Under the pieces are notes generated by a model that ran no database searches, was not told the origin of the DNA, and saw only the letters and a program-made list of their open reading frames with translations. The translations under genes were made by a program, and so were the position numbers. DNA of 64,000 bases from Eledone cirrhosa (lineage: Eukaryota), in contig OZ024743.1 in NCBI GenBank assembly GCA_964016885.1, forward strand, positions 266,166,001-266,230,000, given 5' to 3'. How positions within the stretch are numbered: position 1 is the first letter of the stretch; the number at the start of each line of letters is the position of its first letter. Below, piece by piece: positions 44,706 through 59,509 of the stretch.

Positions 44706-47700
44706 CTGTGTGTGTGTGTGTGTGTATTAATATGATAGAAAATTGAATATGAAATCTTAATATATGATGTTCTCTAACTTAGGCCTAACATTTTGATATA
44801 CTATAAAGATAATTATCCGATACCATAAATAATATAATTCATCTACAGTGGTATACATGGTTTTCTTACAATGACCATAGGTTCCTGGATGGCTATCAAA
44901 GTTCAGGCATCTCTAAGTAGATTCTGTCAACATATGATCATTAGTCATGTTATCTTCCCATATTGTGACCCTAGCTGATATTTTACTGTCTGGGTTAGCT
45001 TCTGAACAATTTGTTTTTCTTCAAGTGTTAACAAAAGATGTATCATAATATTCGGTCCGTGGTGAAAGAAATATATCTACTTGCTAGTCTTGAATCCCAA
45101 CTGTAGTTAGTGTGATTTATTTAGACCTTGTAACAGGTATATATTTCACAATATCTCCCGGTAACTAGTACTACCATTTAATGTTATTGTTGGCTTTGTG
45201 CCTAAATCAGGAATCATCATTTAATATCCTTGTAGATCTTCCCCAAGGAACCTACTGCAAAAGCATTTAAGTCAATATGTCACAATTCTATATGTCACTC
45301 CTTTTGTGCTTTCATTTTATTAAAATTGTATTATTGAATATGATAGACTGTAAAATAATATCACTTGACCGACCGTTTTATTTTCACGCCGGTCGAAGCC
45401 TCAGGTGACCTCGGTCCCTGATCGGCTGTTTTACCCCGTAAAATTTGAAAGACAGCAACATTCCTGAGGAAAAGGCCGTTGAGATTGGGTGGTTGTGGCA
45501 GTGTGTCTCCGTGGTCATCTCCACCGTTTTGTCTGTGGGATACAACTGAAACATACCGCTCAAACTGTTGCTTCCTTCCACTTTCGTTTTCGTTCTCTGC
45601 TTGATTTCATCGTTTTCTGCTCTTTTTTTTTCGTTAGTTTTTATGAAAGTATATGTTTAATTTAAGAAACCTCATCTTTCTTTTTAATAGATACATTTAT
45701 AAAATTTATCATTGTCATAACTATATTTTCGTCAATATTTGAAAACGACTTTAAAATTTCAGTACAATTAGCATCTTTTATTTTATAGCAATTGCCTATG
45801 GTATAAAGGAACTTGATTCCAAACAATCTTTCATAGGTCTAACAAATATTTGCAAATTGTTATAGGGTCAAATATTTTAGTGATGGTGGATGGGGAGGGG
45901 GGTACGTTTCATTAAATTAACACCATTATCCACATACTCCTCCTTTCTCATTTGTATACAGAAGAATGTAAGACATGTAAGACATGGTGATTTTGAACTC
46001 AAAACGTAAACCCCTGACAAATTTAATGTTATAGCCTAAACCCTAGCCTTGCTGTGAAGGCGTATAGAAATAGAAATATATTATGATTTTCGTCACATTA
46101 ATGCAATTACTTTATGTCTCAAACAAATTTTGTTTCCATAACCAATTTCATGATTTCATCTCATAGTATACTTACATTAAATAATATATTCTAATATATC
46201 ATGTAGTGTGCATAAATATTAAATATTCAAAAATTTAAGTATCTAAATAAATAGTACTTCTTACAAACTTTTCTACTGATTTATCTATCTACCATCTTTT
46301 CTAATAATATAGTATAAGTAATTTACCACACCGTCCTTATCGACGTCAATATTTCCAGAGGTTAAAATTTAGCTGAAATTATCACGTGTCAAACTTATTA
46401 AGTTTCAGAATATATTTGTAACCTACTTAAAATCCCAGAGGTCTTCGCATATATATTTTATGCTTCTGTTGTCTATAATTATGTATATTCAGAGAGGGTC
46501 GAGTCTGTCGACTCTACTTCTCTCTTTTCAACAATTAGCATTATGCCTCAGAAATAAATCAATAAATAGTATTACAAATTAGCAGAAGAAAGAAAAAAAG
46601 TGTTTCTTTTTTAAGATTAAAATGTAAGAACTAAACTTTGTAATGGTAAAGTTAGAAGTTGTAGTATAAGAGCTTAAACAACAACACGATTATAGATATA
46701 TGGTGATATAAAACTCTAGCATATATGAGGCACAGAACGAATACAATAAGGTTTTTTTTTACTAAATGCTGTTACAGTTTTCTTGACAAGTAAAGTCGAG
46801 AATAATAGTAGCACTCTTCTGACAAATAAAGTAACGGTACCCGTTTCAATTTCCGATATCATTTAATATTTATGATAATGCTTGGAATTACTTGATCACA
46901 ATACAAACCTAATACTTCTTCGGTTGCACAGATAAAAATACGTATATGTGTATGTGGTCTAGTTTCGAGCCTTCAGCTATTTCCCATCAGGTATGCCAAG
47001 AATATTATTGTGAGAACCATGGACATTACAACTTTCAATTTACCAAATTCACAAATCAGCTTGGTGATTCATGTTTACATGGAAAACAAAACAGGAAATC
47101 TTCCAAAAGTTTATCGTGTTTATAGCGATATATTCGCGGAAAAAATGATTTAAAATAAAATTATCCTTATGCTTGAAAAACATTACGTTCCAGTTATTGT
47201 AATTATCATTAAAAGATATGTACAGGAATGCGGTGGACCGTGAATTGAAAACACCGGGGGTCTAGCTAGCAACCAGCATAGAATTAAAGTAGTGACTCAA
47301 TGCCTGCATATCGGTATCGTCCGCTCTTCCACATTACAGGCGGCGCTGCCTCATTTTGCAACCGATTATATAGGTTGGAATCAAAGAACGAGCCGCAAAT
47401 TGGTGCCCTAAGTTTGGGATTCAACCACATCAAACGGGAAAACAGGATGCATTACTGCTTCATCTAATGAACTTGCCCAAGGTAGCGTGCGAAAAGAAAC
47501 AATCTGCACAAGAGAGGATTTATAGCAAAATACATCGATCCGAGTTTCACAATAGTATTGAGTCACACAAATGCGGGGAGGCCATCGTGCATGGTCACTC
47601 CGATGCGGAGTCACGAATTATCAGGAACGGTAACTGTTGATGAAGATCTTACCGAATTATGCCACGCGCCACTGTTTGGGTAAGACTTTGTTGGTATAGG

Positions 47701-48111
47701 GAAGACATTATTCCCATGCAAGTGGAATTACATCTAATGTTCATACAGTTGCGTAATTAACCACAATAATCGAAAACTGAGGCCATACACCAGCCAGACT
47801 GTCAGAAGTGACTCTGTGTCTCACTCAAGTGTAGGTTCGAAGGATTAACGAAAACAATCGTGGATAAGGGTGCAGCTGTATGTGATGGATAAAATGTAGG
47901 CCAGCATTACCAGGTCAGATGTTAAACACATGCTGAAACTAGCAAATTATACATCAGAACAAATTATGTTAAAGTCACTAATATACTGTTCCTGGAATAA
48001 GTTGATATTAAGTAAATTTCTAACGCGTAAAATAACTTTGTTGACTGAATATTACTCGACTCTCCGCTTCCCCAAAAGATTATTGGCCTTGTGCATAAAT
48101 CAGACACCTTT

Positions 48112-48294
48112 CGGTGGATTGGCAGTATCGGTAGAGAGTCGGACACCATGCTTTGAGGCATACAGTTACGTCTGTTTATGATCTGAGTTCAAATCCCGCC
48201 GAGGTTAACTTTGCCTATCATCCTTACGGGATCGATAAAATAAAGTACCAGTAATGCACTGGGTAATTGCTGGCCTTGTGCCAAAAGAAGATAC

Positions 48295-48300
<6 letters not shown>
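48112..48300 (+). mobile_element. tRNA-derived SINE with (ATT)n tail
   Basis: cggtggattggcagtatcgg...gagttcaaatcccgccgagg...ggccttgtgccaaaagaagatacaattattatt. Confidence 0.85.
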
Positions 48301-48366
<66 letters not shown>

Positions 48367-48371
48367 CATTA

Positions 48372-48862
48372 TTATTTTCCTCTGTCTGGTGGTTGTAGCA
48401 AAAGAGGTTGTGTAGTTGACCACGTTGAAAAGACTGAACACAGACATATTTCTCATCGGCCAATCCCTCATCAACCTTTTCAACTTTCACTTGGAAAGGA
48501 AGGTGAGGTTGGAGAGAGAAGTGATGCCATACAGTAAATTTGCTAAGTGGTGGGTGAATGTAGTGAGAATGGCCACAGTGAATGGGTCTACTCTGAGCGT
48601 GTGTCTGTAGGCTGGTTAATTTGAGGAGGAGAGGGGTACCCTTCCTGGGTGCTCTTGGAGTGTTGTGTGGTTCAGGATTGGTGGGGCACATAAGTCGGCT
48701 CGAGGTGGTTCTCCCTCTATTGGGGAATTCTGTTATTTGTATTTGTATTGTTTATTGTTATTGTTGTATTTATTTTTTTAACTCGTGCTTTGTAAAGCTC
48801 CACTGTCCTTGTCTTTTTGCGTTGTTCCCTACATCTAAGCCCTTGTAGCCAATAAAAAAAGA
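48372..48862 (+). mobile_element. 3' fragment of Tx1/L1-like LINE
   Basis: Homologous to 50625-51120 (VVAKEVV..RLK.L.TD.FL..QSLIN.F.F.LERKV..EREVM) plus 3' UTR ending aataaa. Confidence 0.75.
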
Positions 48863-48949
48863 ATTATTATTAATATTATTTTCATTCTGATCTGTCATTG
48901 TCTTACAGTGTACAGCTCTGTGCGCCTTGAGTATGCGCAGTTTTGTTTG

Positions 48950-49365
48950 GCGTTGTTGTTTCTATTATATTGAAATTCATTTCCTTAATGTTATATATGT
49001 GAATACAGACCGTGATATTTGCTATGTAGGTATCCGTGAGTCTTGTTATCATCCTCATGTCAATTATAGTTATTGACATTGCTTCTATTTTCTTCCCCAG
49101 ACGGCGTATTGATATCTGAATATCTTTATATTTGGATACTTTCTCTATCCGTTTGATAGCCATAGTCTGCAAAGATTGTTACATCAATTAGAAGACATTG
49201 TATTCTTTACGATATCTAGGGAATTTGCTTTCATTTCCTTGTCTATGTGTCTTGGCATATCCCAGAGTAAAGCTGCATTTCCATTCCCTGACACCTTTTT
49301 TTAGTTATGTCTGTACCTCTCACATCGGTTTGCATTTCGTCATATTTTCATAACATCCAATGCTT
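48950..49365 (-). pseudogene. R4/Dong-like REL endonuclease C-terminal relic
   Basis: AALLWDMPRHIDKEMKANSLDIV..CLLIDVT...EKVSKYKDIQI.I.RL, frameshifted. Confidence 0.6.
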
Positions 49366-49431
<66 letters not shown>

Positions 49432-49599
49432 AGGAGTATATAGTCAACTACCAAACATCAACACAAACAATTAAATGAACACAATATACTACACACACCT
49501 CAGGATCGGCGACACATTAGGTGACGAAGTGGAAACCATAAATTACAATGCCAAAGAAATAATAATAATAGCGTCTTAATTAGACAGTAGTAGTAGTGA

Positions 49600-49653
<54 letters not shown>

Positions 49654-49736
49654 CAGCAGCAGCATCAGCAGCAGCAGCAGCGGCGGCGGCAGTAGCCGTA
49701 GCAGTAGAAGCAGTGGTTGTCTATATATATATATAT

Positions 49737-51245
49737 TTTTTAAAGTGGAGACAGTAAACAGAAAACAGCGAAGAGGCAGTACAAATGTTATTAGTAGTTT
49801 CACACTTAAGCTATCACTAAAAGGTCGGGCGGAGGTGACGAACGCGTTCATCGCGTCCGTCATCTACTACCGTCTGACCGTCGTCCCTTGCCCCCGTTCG
49901 CGCCTCGCCATCTTGGAGCCGCTCCTCTTCAAATTCTTATGGATGGGTCAGGTTCCGTTGGTGAAGCGGTCCATCTGCTGCCAGCCCCCTCTACGTGGAG
50001 GGCTGGGAATGTATGGGTAATGATGCGCAGACACGCGCCGAGACTGCGGCATCTCCAGATATTCTGCCTAAACGGTGAATAGGTGTTGTCGCCGTTTGTA
50101 AGACGGGCCTTTCCGCAGCTCGTCTCTTTGATTAAGCTGCAGTCCTGGGTCAAGAAGAGAGGAGACTAGGTGACTGGGATCTGGAATGTTGCCAGGCACT
50201 CAATGCCTTCTACCAGGCGAGCAATGCGTTCACTGGAACTTCCACTCTCGAGTTCTGTAGAAGATTAGTGGGGGACAAGTACGACGACGCACTCGGAGAG
50301 GCACTGGGCGTCGACGAAGTCGAACTAACCAGTCTGTTCCGGAGGACTTTCGAGCCCGGGACGATGGATAATTCCCCAAAATCCCTCGCTTGGCAGTGCT
50401 ACCGGGGGGCACTACCGGTTCGAGATAACCTCAACAGGCGCGGAAGTGCTGTCAGACGGACCTGCCCGAGATGCGCGTAGAGCGGCGAAACAGTTCTGCA
50501 CGCACTCGTCCAGTGTCCGTGCATTACTGACTTGTGGAGTTATGTCGAACAGCTGTTGTCGCGTGTAGAAAGGATCCATAGTGAAGATCGACCCGCCACC
50601 TTCTTTTGCCCAGGTAGGGCACGCAATTTTCCCCTGCCTGGTGGTGGTGGCGAAAGAGGTTGTATGGTGGACGAGGTTGAAAGGACTGAAGACAGATACT
50701 TTTCTCTTCAGCCAATCCCTCATCAACTTTTTCAAGTTTCCCTTGGAAAGAAAGGTGAGCGTAGAGAGAGAAGTGATGCCCCCCCACCCCAGTACATTTG
50801 CTGAAAGGTGGGTGAATGTGGCGAGAATGGCCCGTGTGAGTGGGCCTACTCTGGTCATGCGCCTGTAGGTGGGTAAATTTGAGGAGGAGAGGGGTGCCCT
50901 TCCAAGGTGCTCTCGAAGAGTCGGGTAGTTCAGGATTGGTAGGATATCTGAGCGAACCCTGAGTAGTCATCCCCCCCCCCTATTGGGGAATTTTTCTTAT
51001 ATTTTTATTGTTACTTTGTTATTGTTATTCATATTGTTTACTCGATTTTTCTGTAAAACCCCACTGTCCAAGTCTCTTGTATTGTCTCGTATATATTCGC
51101 TCATGTGGCCAATAAATGAAATCATTATTAGTTTCACGCTTGAGAGTGGGGGTGGGGGTGACGTTTCGGGCATAAGCCCTTCATCAGGAGAAAAGTGCGT
51201 AAGAAGAGTTCCGAGGGTGTGTGGGGGAGTGGTGGAAAGACATTA
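49737..51245 (-). mobile_element. PLE 3' end with HHR core (51159-51187), split by the LINE
   Basis: tc-CTGATGA-agggcttatgccc-GAAA-cg-TC...ctctcaagcgtgaaacta, continuing at 49803-49737 as ..ataacatttgtactgcctct... This is the same end as 11090-11195. Related tails lie at 58698-58778 (+) and 61101-61154 (-). Confidence 0.75.
49804..51124 (+). mobile_element. 5'-truncated Tx1/L1-like LINE (post-RT region, CCHC zinc knuckle, 3' UTR) with about 13-bp TSD
   Basis: KLSLKGRAEV.N.FIASVIYYRL...FKFLW...RGGLGM and AWQCYRGALPV...CPRC...ETVLHALVQC, with stops and frameshifts. TSD ttagtagtttcac (49791-49803) / ttattagtttcac (51125-51137). Confidence 0.85.
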
Positions 51246-51390
51246 AAAAAATGTTAAAAGGGATGTGTATATATATATATATAGATATATATATATATAC
51301 ACCCATTTTAAAATTAAAATAAACATTTCTTAAAGTACAGCCAATTTTTTAAAATTTATTTTAAACTTTTTCTCTATTTGCTCGACCTCG

Positions 51391-51476
<86 letters not shown>

Positions 51477-52025
51477 CCGATTCCGGTTTCTGTGTCTAAA
51501 ACGATATTTTAACTATTGGATAATTCTCCTCTTCGAGAGTGGTTTTAGTACATTCCTCTTAGAGTCGTTGCTAAAATGATGGGCAACAATGTCTTCTGGT
51601 TTGCGTAGCAAATGTACTTCATGATGATTTCTTTCAATAGGTTACTAATGGGGCATATCAAAAAGTAGGCTGCATAACGAATTCATTTATATTGGTATAG
51701 GTTGGTTTTTATTATGTACTATTTTTTCTGTTTACTGATGTGGCAGTTTTGCATTTAGTCATTGTATAGCTGGTGCATTTCAGTGGAATTGGGTTCTTGG
51801 GTGAAGTGACTCCAACATCCATTAGTGTGGAATGTTGTCATTCCACACTAATGGATGTACATTTAGGTAGTCAATCGAAATTTTTCTGGGTTTATGTTCT
51901 TTTTTCAGTCTTCCGTAATGGCCCGATTCACAAGCAGCTGATCTTTACAGCCATGCATTCTGTTCCGATAAAATTTCAGATCTTGTAATATAGTTATTGT
52001 TATTATTATTATCGTTGTTGTTATT

Positions 52026-52135
52026 ATCCTTACGGAGACGATAAAATAAAGTACCAGTGACGCACTGGATCGATTTAATCGACTTACCTCTCCCCCAAAA
52101 TGTGTGGCCTTGTGCCTATATAAGAAACCATTATC
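52026..52135 (+). mobile_element. SINE 3' part
   Basis: atccttacggagacgataaaataaagtaccag...ggccttgtgcctatataagaaaccatta. Confidence 0.7.
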
Positions 52136-52936
52136 ATTGTTACTGTTGATGATGATGTTATCATAAGAATATACACACGTTAAATGTGCATTCGTTTTAG
52201 ATTTTAAATTTTCTAATATTTACATAAAGTTCTATCGGTAATGTACTCTCTGACCTTTTTTCTAGTGTGGCCTATGCTATACGAATAAATACAAACTTAT
52301 CAACTGAATTTGAAAAAAATGACATTCATCTTATTTAATCTCGTGTCAGTATCCACTTCCAAAACAACAACAATCCCTGGCTCTTCTAGGACATGGGAAA
52401 TGTAAAATTTATATAAATTCAAGTTTTATTTCAGTAACAGTAAACATTGTGATGTCACGGTAAGTCTCGTACCGTTCACGCTTCTGCTTGATGTTACTTG
52501 CTGTGTTTTTTAATCATTGTTTCAGTTAACGTTTCAGTACAGTGTTTGGCGATCGCATTCGTCATTTCCTCTGTGAATGTGTCTGTTATAGTGTACAATA
52601 ACATTACTTGGAGGCGACCAGTTCCAATTTCACGCTATATTGTCTTAAATGTCATTTATTTGAATTCATTTCTCTTTTATCCGATCTCAGGTTGTTCTTT
52701 TATTTATTTCTCTTATTCTACTCCTCTCACCACCTCTCTCTACTCCCTCTCTCTTTCTCTCTTTCCCTCTCTCTTTATATATATATATATGTAGTACACC
52801 AATACATATATATATATGTAGTATATGTGTATATATATATATGTAGTATATGTGTATATATATATATATGTAGTATAGGTGTGTATATATATATATTTAT
52901 GAACACACACATACATATATATATGTATATATTTAA

Positions 52937-53023
<87 letters not shown>

Positions 53024-54790
53024 TATTTAATTAACAATCATGTCAGTATACTGAGTTTCATGTTAACAAAAAAAAAAAGTCATGCTATGATCTTTCACCT
53101 TATGAATTCATACTCTAATATGTCAGACTGCATGCTTTGACAGCAAAAATCTCATCTAGACATGTCAAGAGCGTGTAATAGCATAAATAGATTATATAAA
53201 TTAGTTGGTGTGTGCTTGAATATGCTTTACACTGTTCAGAATCTTATATGCAATCTCGCCATATATGGGGTTTTAGCCACATATTTGGGCAAACTAAGTA
53301 TGAATGATTTTGCGTGTCTCTGATGATTCTCGGTAGAAAGTATATAGTTTTTATTGTAAGGTTCTGAAGTATTCCCATACTTATATTTTTATTTCATTTT
53401 CAATTTCAACGATTGTTGGCCATCTTGCTATCACTGTATTCATAAGAATGTACCTGCTGAAATATATTGATGCAACGTTTATGTGTAATATGTTTATGCA
53501 TATGTGCATTCAATGCATATGTATTTGTATGTATACGAGCATATACGTACGCGTGATCATTTTTGATACTATAAGAAGAGATTCGAGACACATGTGATAA
53601 TTATTTGTAATAAGGCGTTTGACGACATAAAGATATCAATCACTTGGGTAAAGAGTTTTTACGTGATTGCTCAGCAGTCCTTACTTGATTGCTCATGGCC
53701 ACTCACTAAAAGGGAAACTGCATACCAAATAACATTTCCTGTATTAAAATTGCTGGAAACTAAAATGATAGACAGTCGAAGGAAAGAACTGTTCGATCAA
53801 TAAAAAAAGAGAAAAATGTTTTTCTGTTCCTTTCACGCACCTCCGATGCACGTAGGCTTCGAAACAGAATGGTAATTCTTGAGTAGTTGAGACTTATCTC
53901 ACACTGCTAGTAGGTGTTAAAGTAACATTTATAGCAGATTTTATTACACGACTATGTTGTTATTTTTGTTGTTGATTTTGTTTTCTTGGCGGTGCTGCTC
54001 TTATTGTTGATGGTATTGTTGTTTCTGTTGTTTTTTGTGTTGGTATTGTTCCTGCTTCTCTGGTTTAGTGGACGGTCTTCCGTGGTAGAAACGATTAATC
54101 ACCAAATGTGTTCCAGTCGTGATAGTCACCGATACTTATTGAGGGTACAATGTTACATGAAAAATTTGGATACGATTTTGATTTATATTTAGCTTCTACT
54201 TCTAGCAACATAAGCGGTCATATGGAGCATCCACCATTAGTTTGTCACGAGCTATGTTGTTGTTATTTAGTGAGAGTTCATCCCTAGTAGTGCAGACGAA
54301 GAATCAACGGGCATCTTCCAACACAACTGCTAATATACTATATGGAGGAATATATTATTTAATGTGTTCCTCCGTTCTGTGCTTTTTAAATGTGGTTAGT
54401 GGGTTTTATTTGACTGTTATTTTTAACTGACCAAGGAAACACATATAGAAGTTTCTCTATTATACATTACAAGCTATGTTTGAGCTGGTGGTCATGTAAG
54501 AGTTTATCCAGTTAGCCATGTTGCCACTTGCTATTACAGTCAATATATATATATATTCACTTCGTTAAGATTGAGAGTGAGAGATGATGGTAGACGTAGA
54601 TGGATCGAATAATAAAAAGAAAACGAAGCCTAAAATAATATAAGCTCCAAAATAAACTGATTTCCCCTCATCTACACCACTTGCGTTAGCAATAGAGACT
54701 GGACACATATACAAATACAAACACACACACATACAAACATTGGCATATGTAGAAAGTATACTCTCTCTCTCGTCTTTCTCTGTTTCTGTC

Positions 54791-54850
<60 letters not shown>

Positions 54851-54933
54851 AACATATGTATATATATATACACACACATATATGTACATATATATACAAG
54901 TACATACACGTACGTAAACACACACACACACAC

Positions 54934-54988
<55 letters not shown>

Positions 54989-55921
54989 GTGTATACATGT
55001 ATATAAATACGTATACATATACAGGCATCAATATAAATTTATATATAAATAACCAAGCACACATTTAAATATATACATAAATACATACATACAAATATAC
55101 ATATGAACATACATACCTACATATATAACTTCGTATATACATACACACATACATTGTCCGTAGTCGTTAAAAGTTAGTCAACTGTAATAGACTGACTATA
55201 TATCTCTGTGATCTTTTTATACATACCTGATGTTTTTCGGCTCGATACAGTTCGATGATTTTCTACTTGACTGGTTTTTCTCTTCTTTTATAGTAATAAT
55301 ATGTTTCAGTTTCGTTATTTCTATCATTTTTATTTTTGTTATTTTTCATTGTTTCTGTTGTTGTTACTGTTGCTTTGGTTATTGATCGTGGTGATTGCGA
55401 TGGTGGTTGTATTTTGAAGTTTGTTTGCTCTTAATTCTGATGATGTCTACAGCCAGAGATTGCATGCAAATCACAACATTCAGAATCTAGAACCGTGAGA
55501 AGAGACAAGATAAAACAGAAAATATATACCTTCTCATGGGAAAGGGTATAAGTTTAGATTTCTCTGTGTAAAAAGGGCTGAGTTCCCTGTGTAAAAGATC
55601 TGACGTTACGTTATAAAACGTCCGCTGTTACTGTATAAATATCCTGCAGTTATTGTGTAAAAGCTCTGAAAATCAGGGCCGGAGTTAGAACGTGGAGGGC
55701 CAGGAGCACGTCAGGTTTCTCCTTTTTGTGATTAGGTAGGTGGGTGGGGGCACTCAAAGCAAGATATTAAAATACACAACAAACACCAACTTTTATATTT
55801 CAAATTCGGCGTGGCGCATGTAGTTGAAGTTGTGAACTTATACATATCGTTGTTAAATGAAAATATCTAAGCACCTTTATTTTCAGTCCACTTACTACAC
55901 TTAAATGTATTTATAAACATA

Positions 55922-55952
<31 letters not shown>

Positions 55953-55953
<1 letters not shown>

Positions 55954-56898
55954 ACAAATGCTTTTTCGGAGGACCAACTCCTAAACAAGAAAGACGAAGT
56001 GGTTACCATATGCAAACACAGATTGCGTAGGACTTACCACGCCCTCAACACCCATAACGACCCGGGTGGGTAGACAAGGGCTGATAACCCCCCCCCCCCC
56101 CAACGACCACCACCACCACCACCATTTGCCGAATAAATTAGGGAAAACCCCAGCTTACATAGGTAGATGTATCTCTTTTTTTTTCTCATTGTCTTCTTCT
56201 TCCCCCTGTCTCATCCTATCACTTCCTTCCTCCCCCTATTTTCTTCCTCGTCTGCTTTTCCCCTTTCGCCTACCCCGATGCAGCCCATCGGGCCTTTGTA
56301 GCATCAGTTCCCCCACCCCTGTAATTTTAAGATAGAATGGGCCGAATACGTTTTACTAACTACTTATAGCAGATGTGTTAAAACCCCTTTAATTTTGTAT
56401 CAGTTTTGTTACTACTCATTCTAAAAGTGTTTTCTATTCTCAACTTCTTAACTTGTAATTGTAAGATAGCATTGTGATTTTTTTATTCATTTCTCAATAT
56501 CTAATGTTATATATATATTTTTTTTTCTTTCTATTATCTTTTATTGTCTCCTACTCTCATTCGATTTACCTATTCTATAACTTCCCTCCTCCACTCCATA
56601 CACGATCCTTAGAATCTGGTGTATACATATCACCTTCAACGCTTGACCGCTCCACTCATTCCCCTATTGTTCTACAGGCAAGTTCAGCCACCCCTACCTC
56701 CCACCAAATGCCATGATAGACTTATTTGTGTTTACAACAAATTTTAACCAATCTTCTTGACAACTAGAATCTTCCCATATAAGGAAGTATCCCCTAGAGA
56801 ATTTCGGGTATTTGTTCACCAGGCTAAAATTTCTAATTTAGTCCAGAAATAGCCGTCGAAACGGCTTGAGCTCTGTCGTCGGAGTCATACTTTTTCAT
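55953..56898 (+). mobile_element. 5'-truncated PLE: last GIY-YIG codons, 3' UTR and decayed HHR (56787-56885), between (TA)n arrays
   Basis: DQLLNKKDEVVTICKHRL resembles the LLN...E....CR end of the 6295 ORF. HHR trace: tatcc-cctagaga..cgggtattt...aaatagccgtc-GAAA-cggc..gtcg-TC-ggagt. Confidence 0.65.
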
Positions 56899-56941
56899 AT
56901 ATATATATATATATATATTACATTCACGTATTATATTTCGA

Positions 56942-56999
56942 ATACCTGATGATATCACCGGATTCATACGGAACCCGGTCATTGAAATGATCATAGTAT
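56942..56999 (+). ncRNA. Type I HHR motif in a solo cassette (56918-57048)
   Basis: atac-CTGATGA-tatca ccggattcatacggaacccgg tcatt-GAAA-tgatca-TA-gtat. Confidence 0.82.
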
Positions 57000-57045
57000 A
57001 ATAAACCTTTCAAGGATTTACACAAATCCAGCCTCCTGTCATTTC

Positions 57046-57098
<53 letters not shown>

Positions 57099-57102
<4 letters not shown>

Positions 57103-57288
57103 TTAATATAGATGAGATTCTACAGGACTAGAACTGTTTCATTCTTTAGAAATCATCAGGGATCTGGGTATCAAAAAATAAGTATGGTATTTATTTATAC
57201 AAGTGGTAGGAGAGGGTGGGGAGTGGGATGGGTGTAGGTCATTATGTGTGTGTATGTGTGTATATATATGTATATGTATGTGTGTATG

Positions 57289-57339
<51 letters not shown>

Positions 57340-57448
57340 ATATATATGTATATATGTATATATATATATATATATACATATATATATGTGTATGTATATG
57401 TATGTATATGTATGTATATATATATGTATATGTGTGTGTATATATGTG

Positions 57449-57493
<45 letters not shown>

Positions 57494-57551
57494 GTGTGTA
57501 TGTGTATGTGTGTATGTGTGTATATGTATGTATGTATATGTGTGTGTGTGT

Positions 57552-57599
<48 letters not shown>

Positions 57600-57666
57600 C
57601 TGTGTGTGTACATATGTATGTATATGTGTGTGTGTGTGTATATGTATGTATGTGTATGTGTATGTG

Positions 57667-57729
<63 letters not shown>

Positions 57730-57768
57730 ATATATATGTGTGGATGTATGTGCGTGTGTGTGTGTGGA

Positions 57769-57839
<71 letters not shown>

Positions 57840-57954
57840 ATGCGTGTATATATATGTGTGTATATATGTACGTACATATATGTGTATATATGTGTGTATA
57901 TGTGTGTGTATGTATATGTATGTATGTATATATATATGTGTATATATGTGTGTA

Positions 57955-57999
<45 letters not shown>

Positions 58000-58116
58000 G
58001 TTTGTGTATATGTGTATGTATGTGTGTATGTATGTGTATGTATATGTGTATATGTGTATATGTTTGTTTATGTATGTATTTAAATTTGTATGTGTGTGTG
58101 AGTGTGTGTATGTGTG

Positions 58117-58147
<31 letters not shown>

Positions 58148-58150
58148 ATA

Positions 58151-58185
<35 letters not shown>

Positions 58186-58216
58186 GTATGCACCTGTGTA
58201 TGTGTGTGTGTGTATG

Positions 58217-58261
<45 letters not shown>

Positions 58262-58464
58262 ATATGTATATATGTGTATGTATGTGTATATATGTATATA
58301 TGTATGTATATATATATATATATATATGTATGTTTGTGTATGTGTATGTATGTGTGTATGTGTATATGTGTGTATATATATGTATATATGTATGTATTTT
58401 TGTGTGTGTATATGTACATGTATGTATATGTGGGTGTGTATATGTATGTATATGTATATGTATA

Positions 58465-58517
<53 letters not shown>

Positions 58518-58553
58518 ATATATATGTGTGTGTATGTATGTGTGTGTATATAT

Positions 58554-58624
<71 letters not shown>

Positions 58625-58643
58625 TATATGTATGTATGGTGTA

Positions 58644-58678
<35 letters not shown>

Positions 58679-59509
58679 GTGTGTGTGTGTATGTGTGACC
58701 CCACTCTCAAGAGCGTGAAATCAATAAACATTTGTTTGTTCTGCCCCTCTGTTTTGTTCCCGTTCAATTTTTCCTTATATATGTGTATGTGTGTGTATAT
58801 ATGTATGTGTATGTATGTGTATATTTATATATATAAATATATTTATACATGTGTGTCTGTGTATATGTGTGTCTGTGTATGTGTGTTTATGGGTGCGCGC
58901 GAGTGTGTTAGTGAGTGTGTCTTATGAATGTGCCTGTTGTTTTTTGGCATATAGTTGAATAGTTTAAGAGTAATTTGAGGATAATTGTAAGATATGCACT
59001 TAATATTCTGGATTTGTCTACAGAATTCTCTAAACCTTTGTCACTTAGTAGAACCTTAATGATTTAGCTTTTAAAGAATCTCCCTTTCCTTTAAATCTAT
59101 CTACCATGACTGACCCCCCACTGATCTTATAGACACCTGTTAGCTTAAGAGAAACTTAATAATAAGGAATGGCATGCCATCCTGAACCTGTTTATAGAAT
59201 TCTGTCTGCCTTTGTTACTCTAAAAACAAAAATAAATAAAAATAAAAATAAACTATAGCTTTGTAGAATTAGCTTTTAATGAATTCCCTTTTCTATCAAC
59301 CAATGACCTACACCCATCCCACTCCCCACCCTCTCCTACCACTTGTATAAATACCATACTTATTTTTTGATACCCAGATTCCTGATGATTTCTAAAGAAT
59401 GAAACAGTTCTAGTCCTGTAGAATCTCATCTATATTAAAACTGTTATACTCTGCAATGTATTGAGTACCTTACTTACTGTGGTTACCTCCGATTCAACCC
59501 GGAATAACG
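57099..59509 (+). mobile_element. Fold-back HHR element interrupted by a 1.7-kb microsatellite (left arm 57099-57243; right copy about 59016-59509)
   Basis: Same sequence family as 61995-62898. HHRs at 57115-57165 (-) and 59376-59426 (+). Confidence 0.75.
57244..58920. repeat. Compound (TA)/(TG)/(TATG) microsatellite
   Basis: Direct reading. Confidence 0.95.

Noticed and set aside
51475-51990. Possible decayed PLE GIY-YIG on the minus strand (..IVAHHFSN..)
   Set aside because: A single short motif with no supporting frame; too weak to call.
53316-53352. CTGATGA...GAAA motif
   Set aside because: No credible stem I or III. Similar incomplete matches at about 2021, 3643, 12740 and 55437 were also not called.
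57203-58927. Long ORFs (338-500 aa) rich in YI/CV/HT, and the many similar ORFs across the window
   Set aside because: Translations of (TA)n/(TG)n/(CA)n microsatellites, which lack stop codons.
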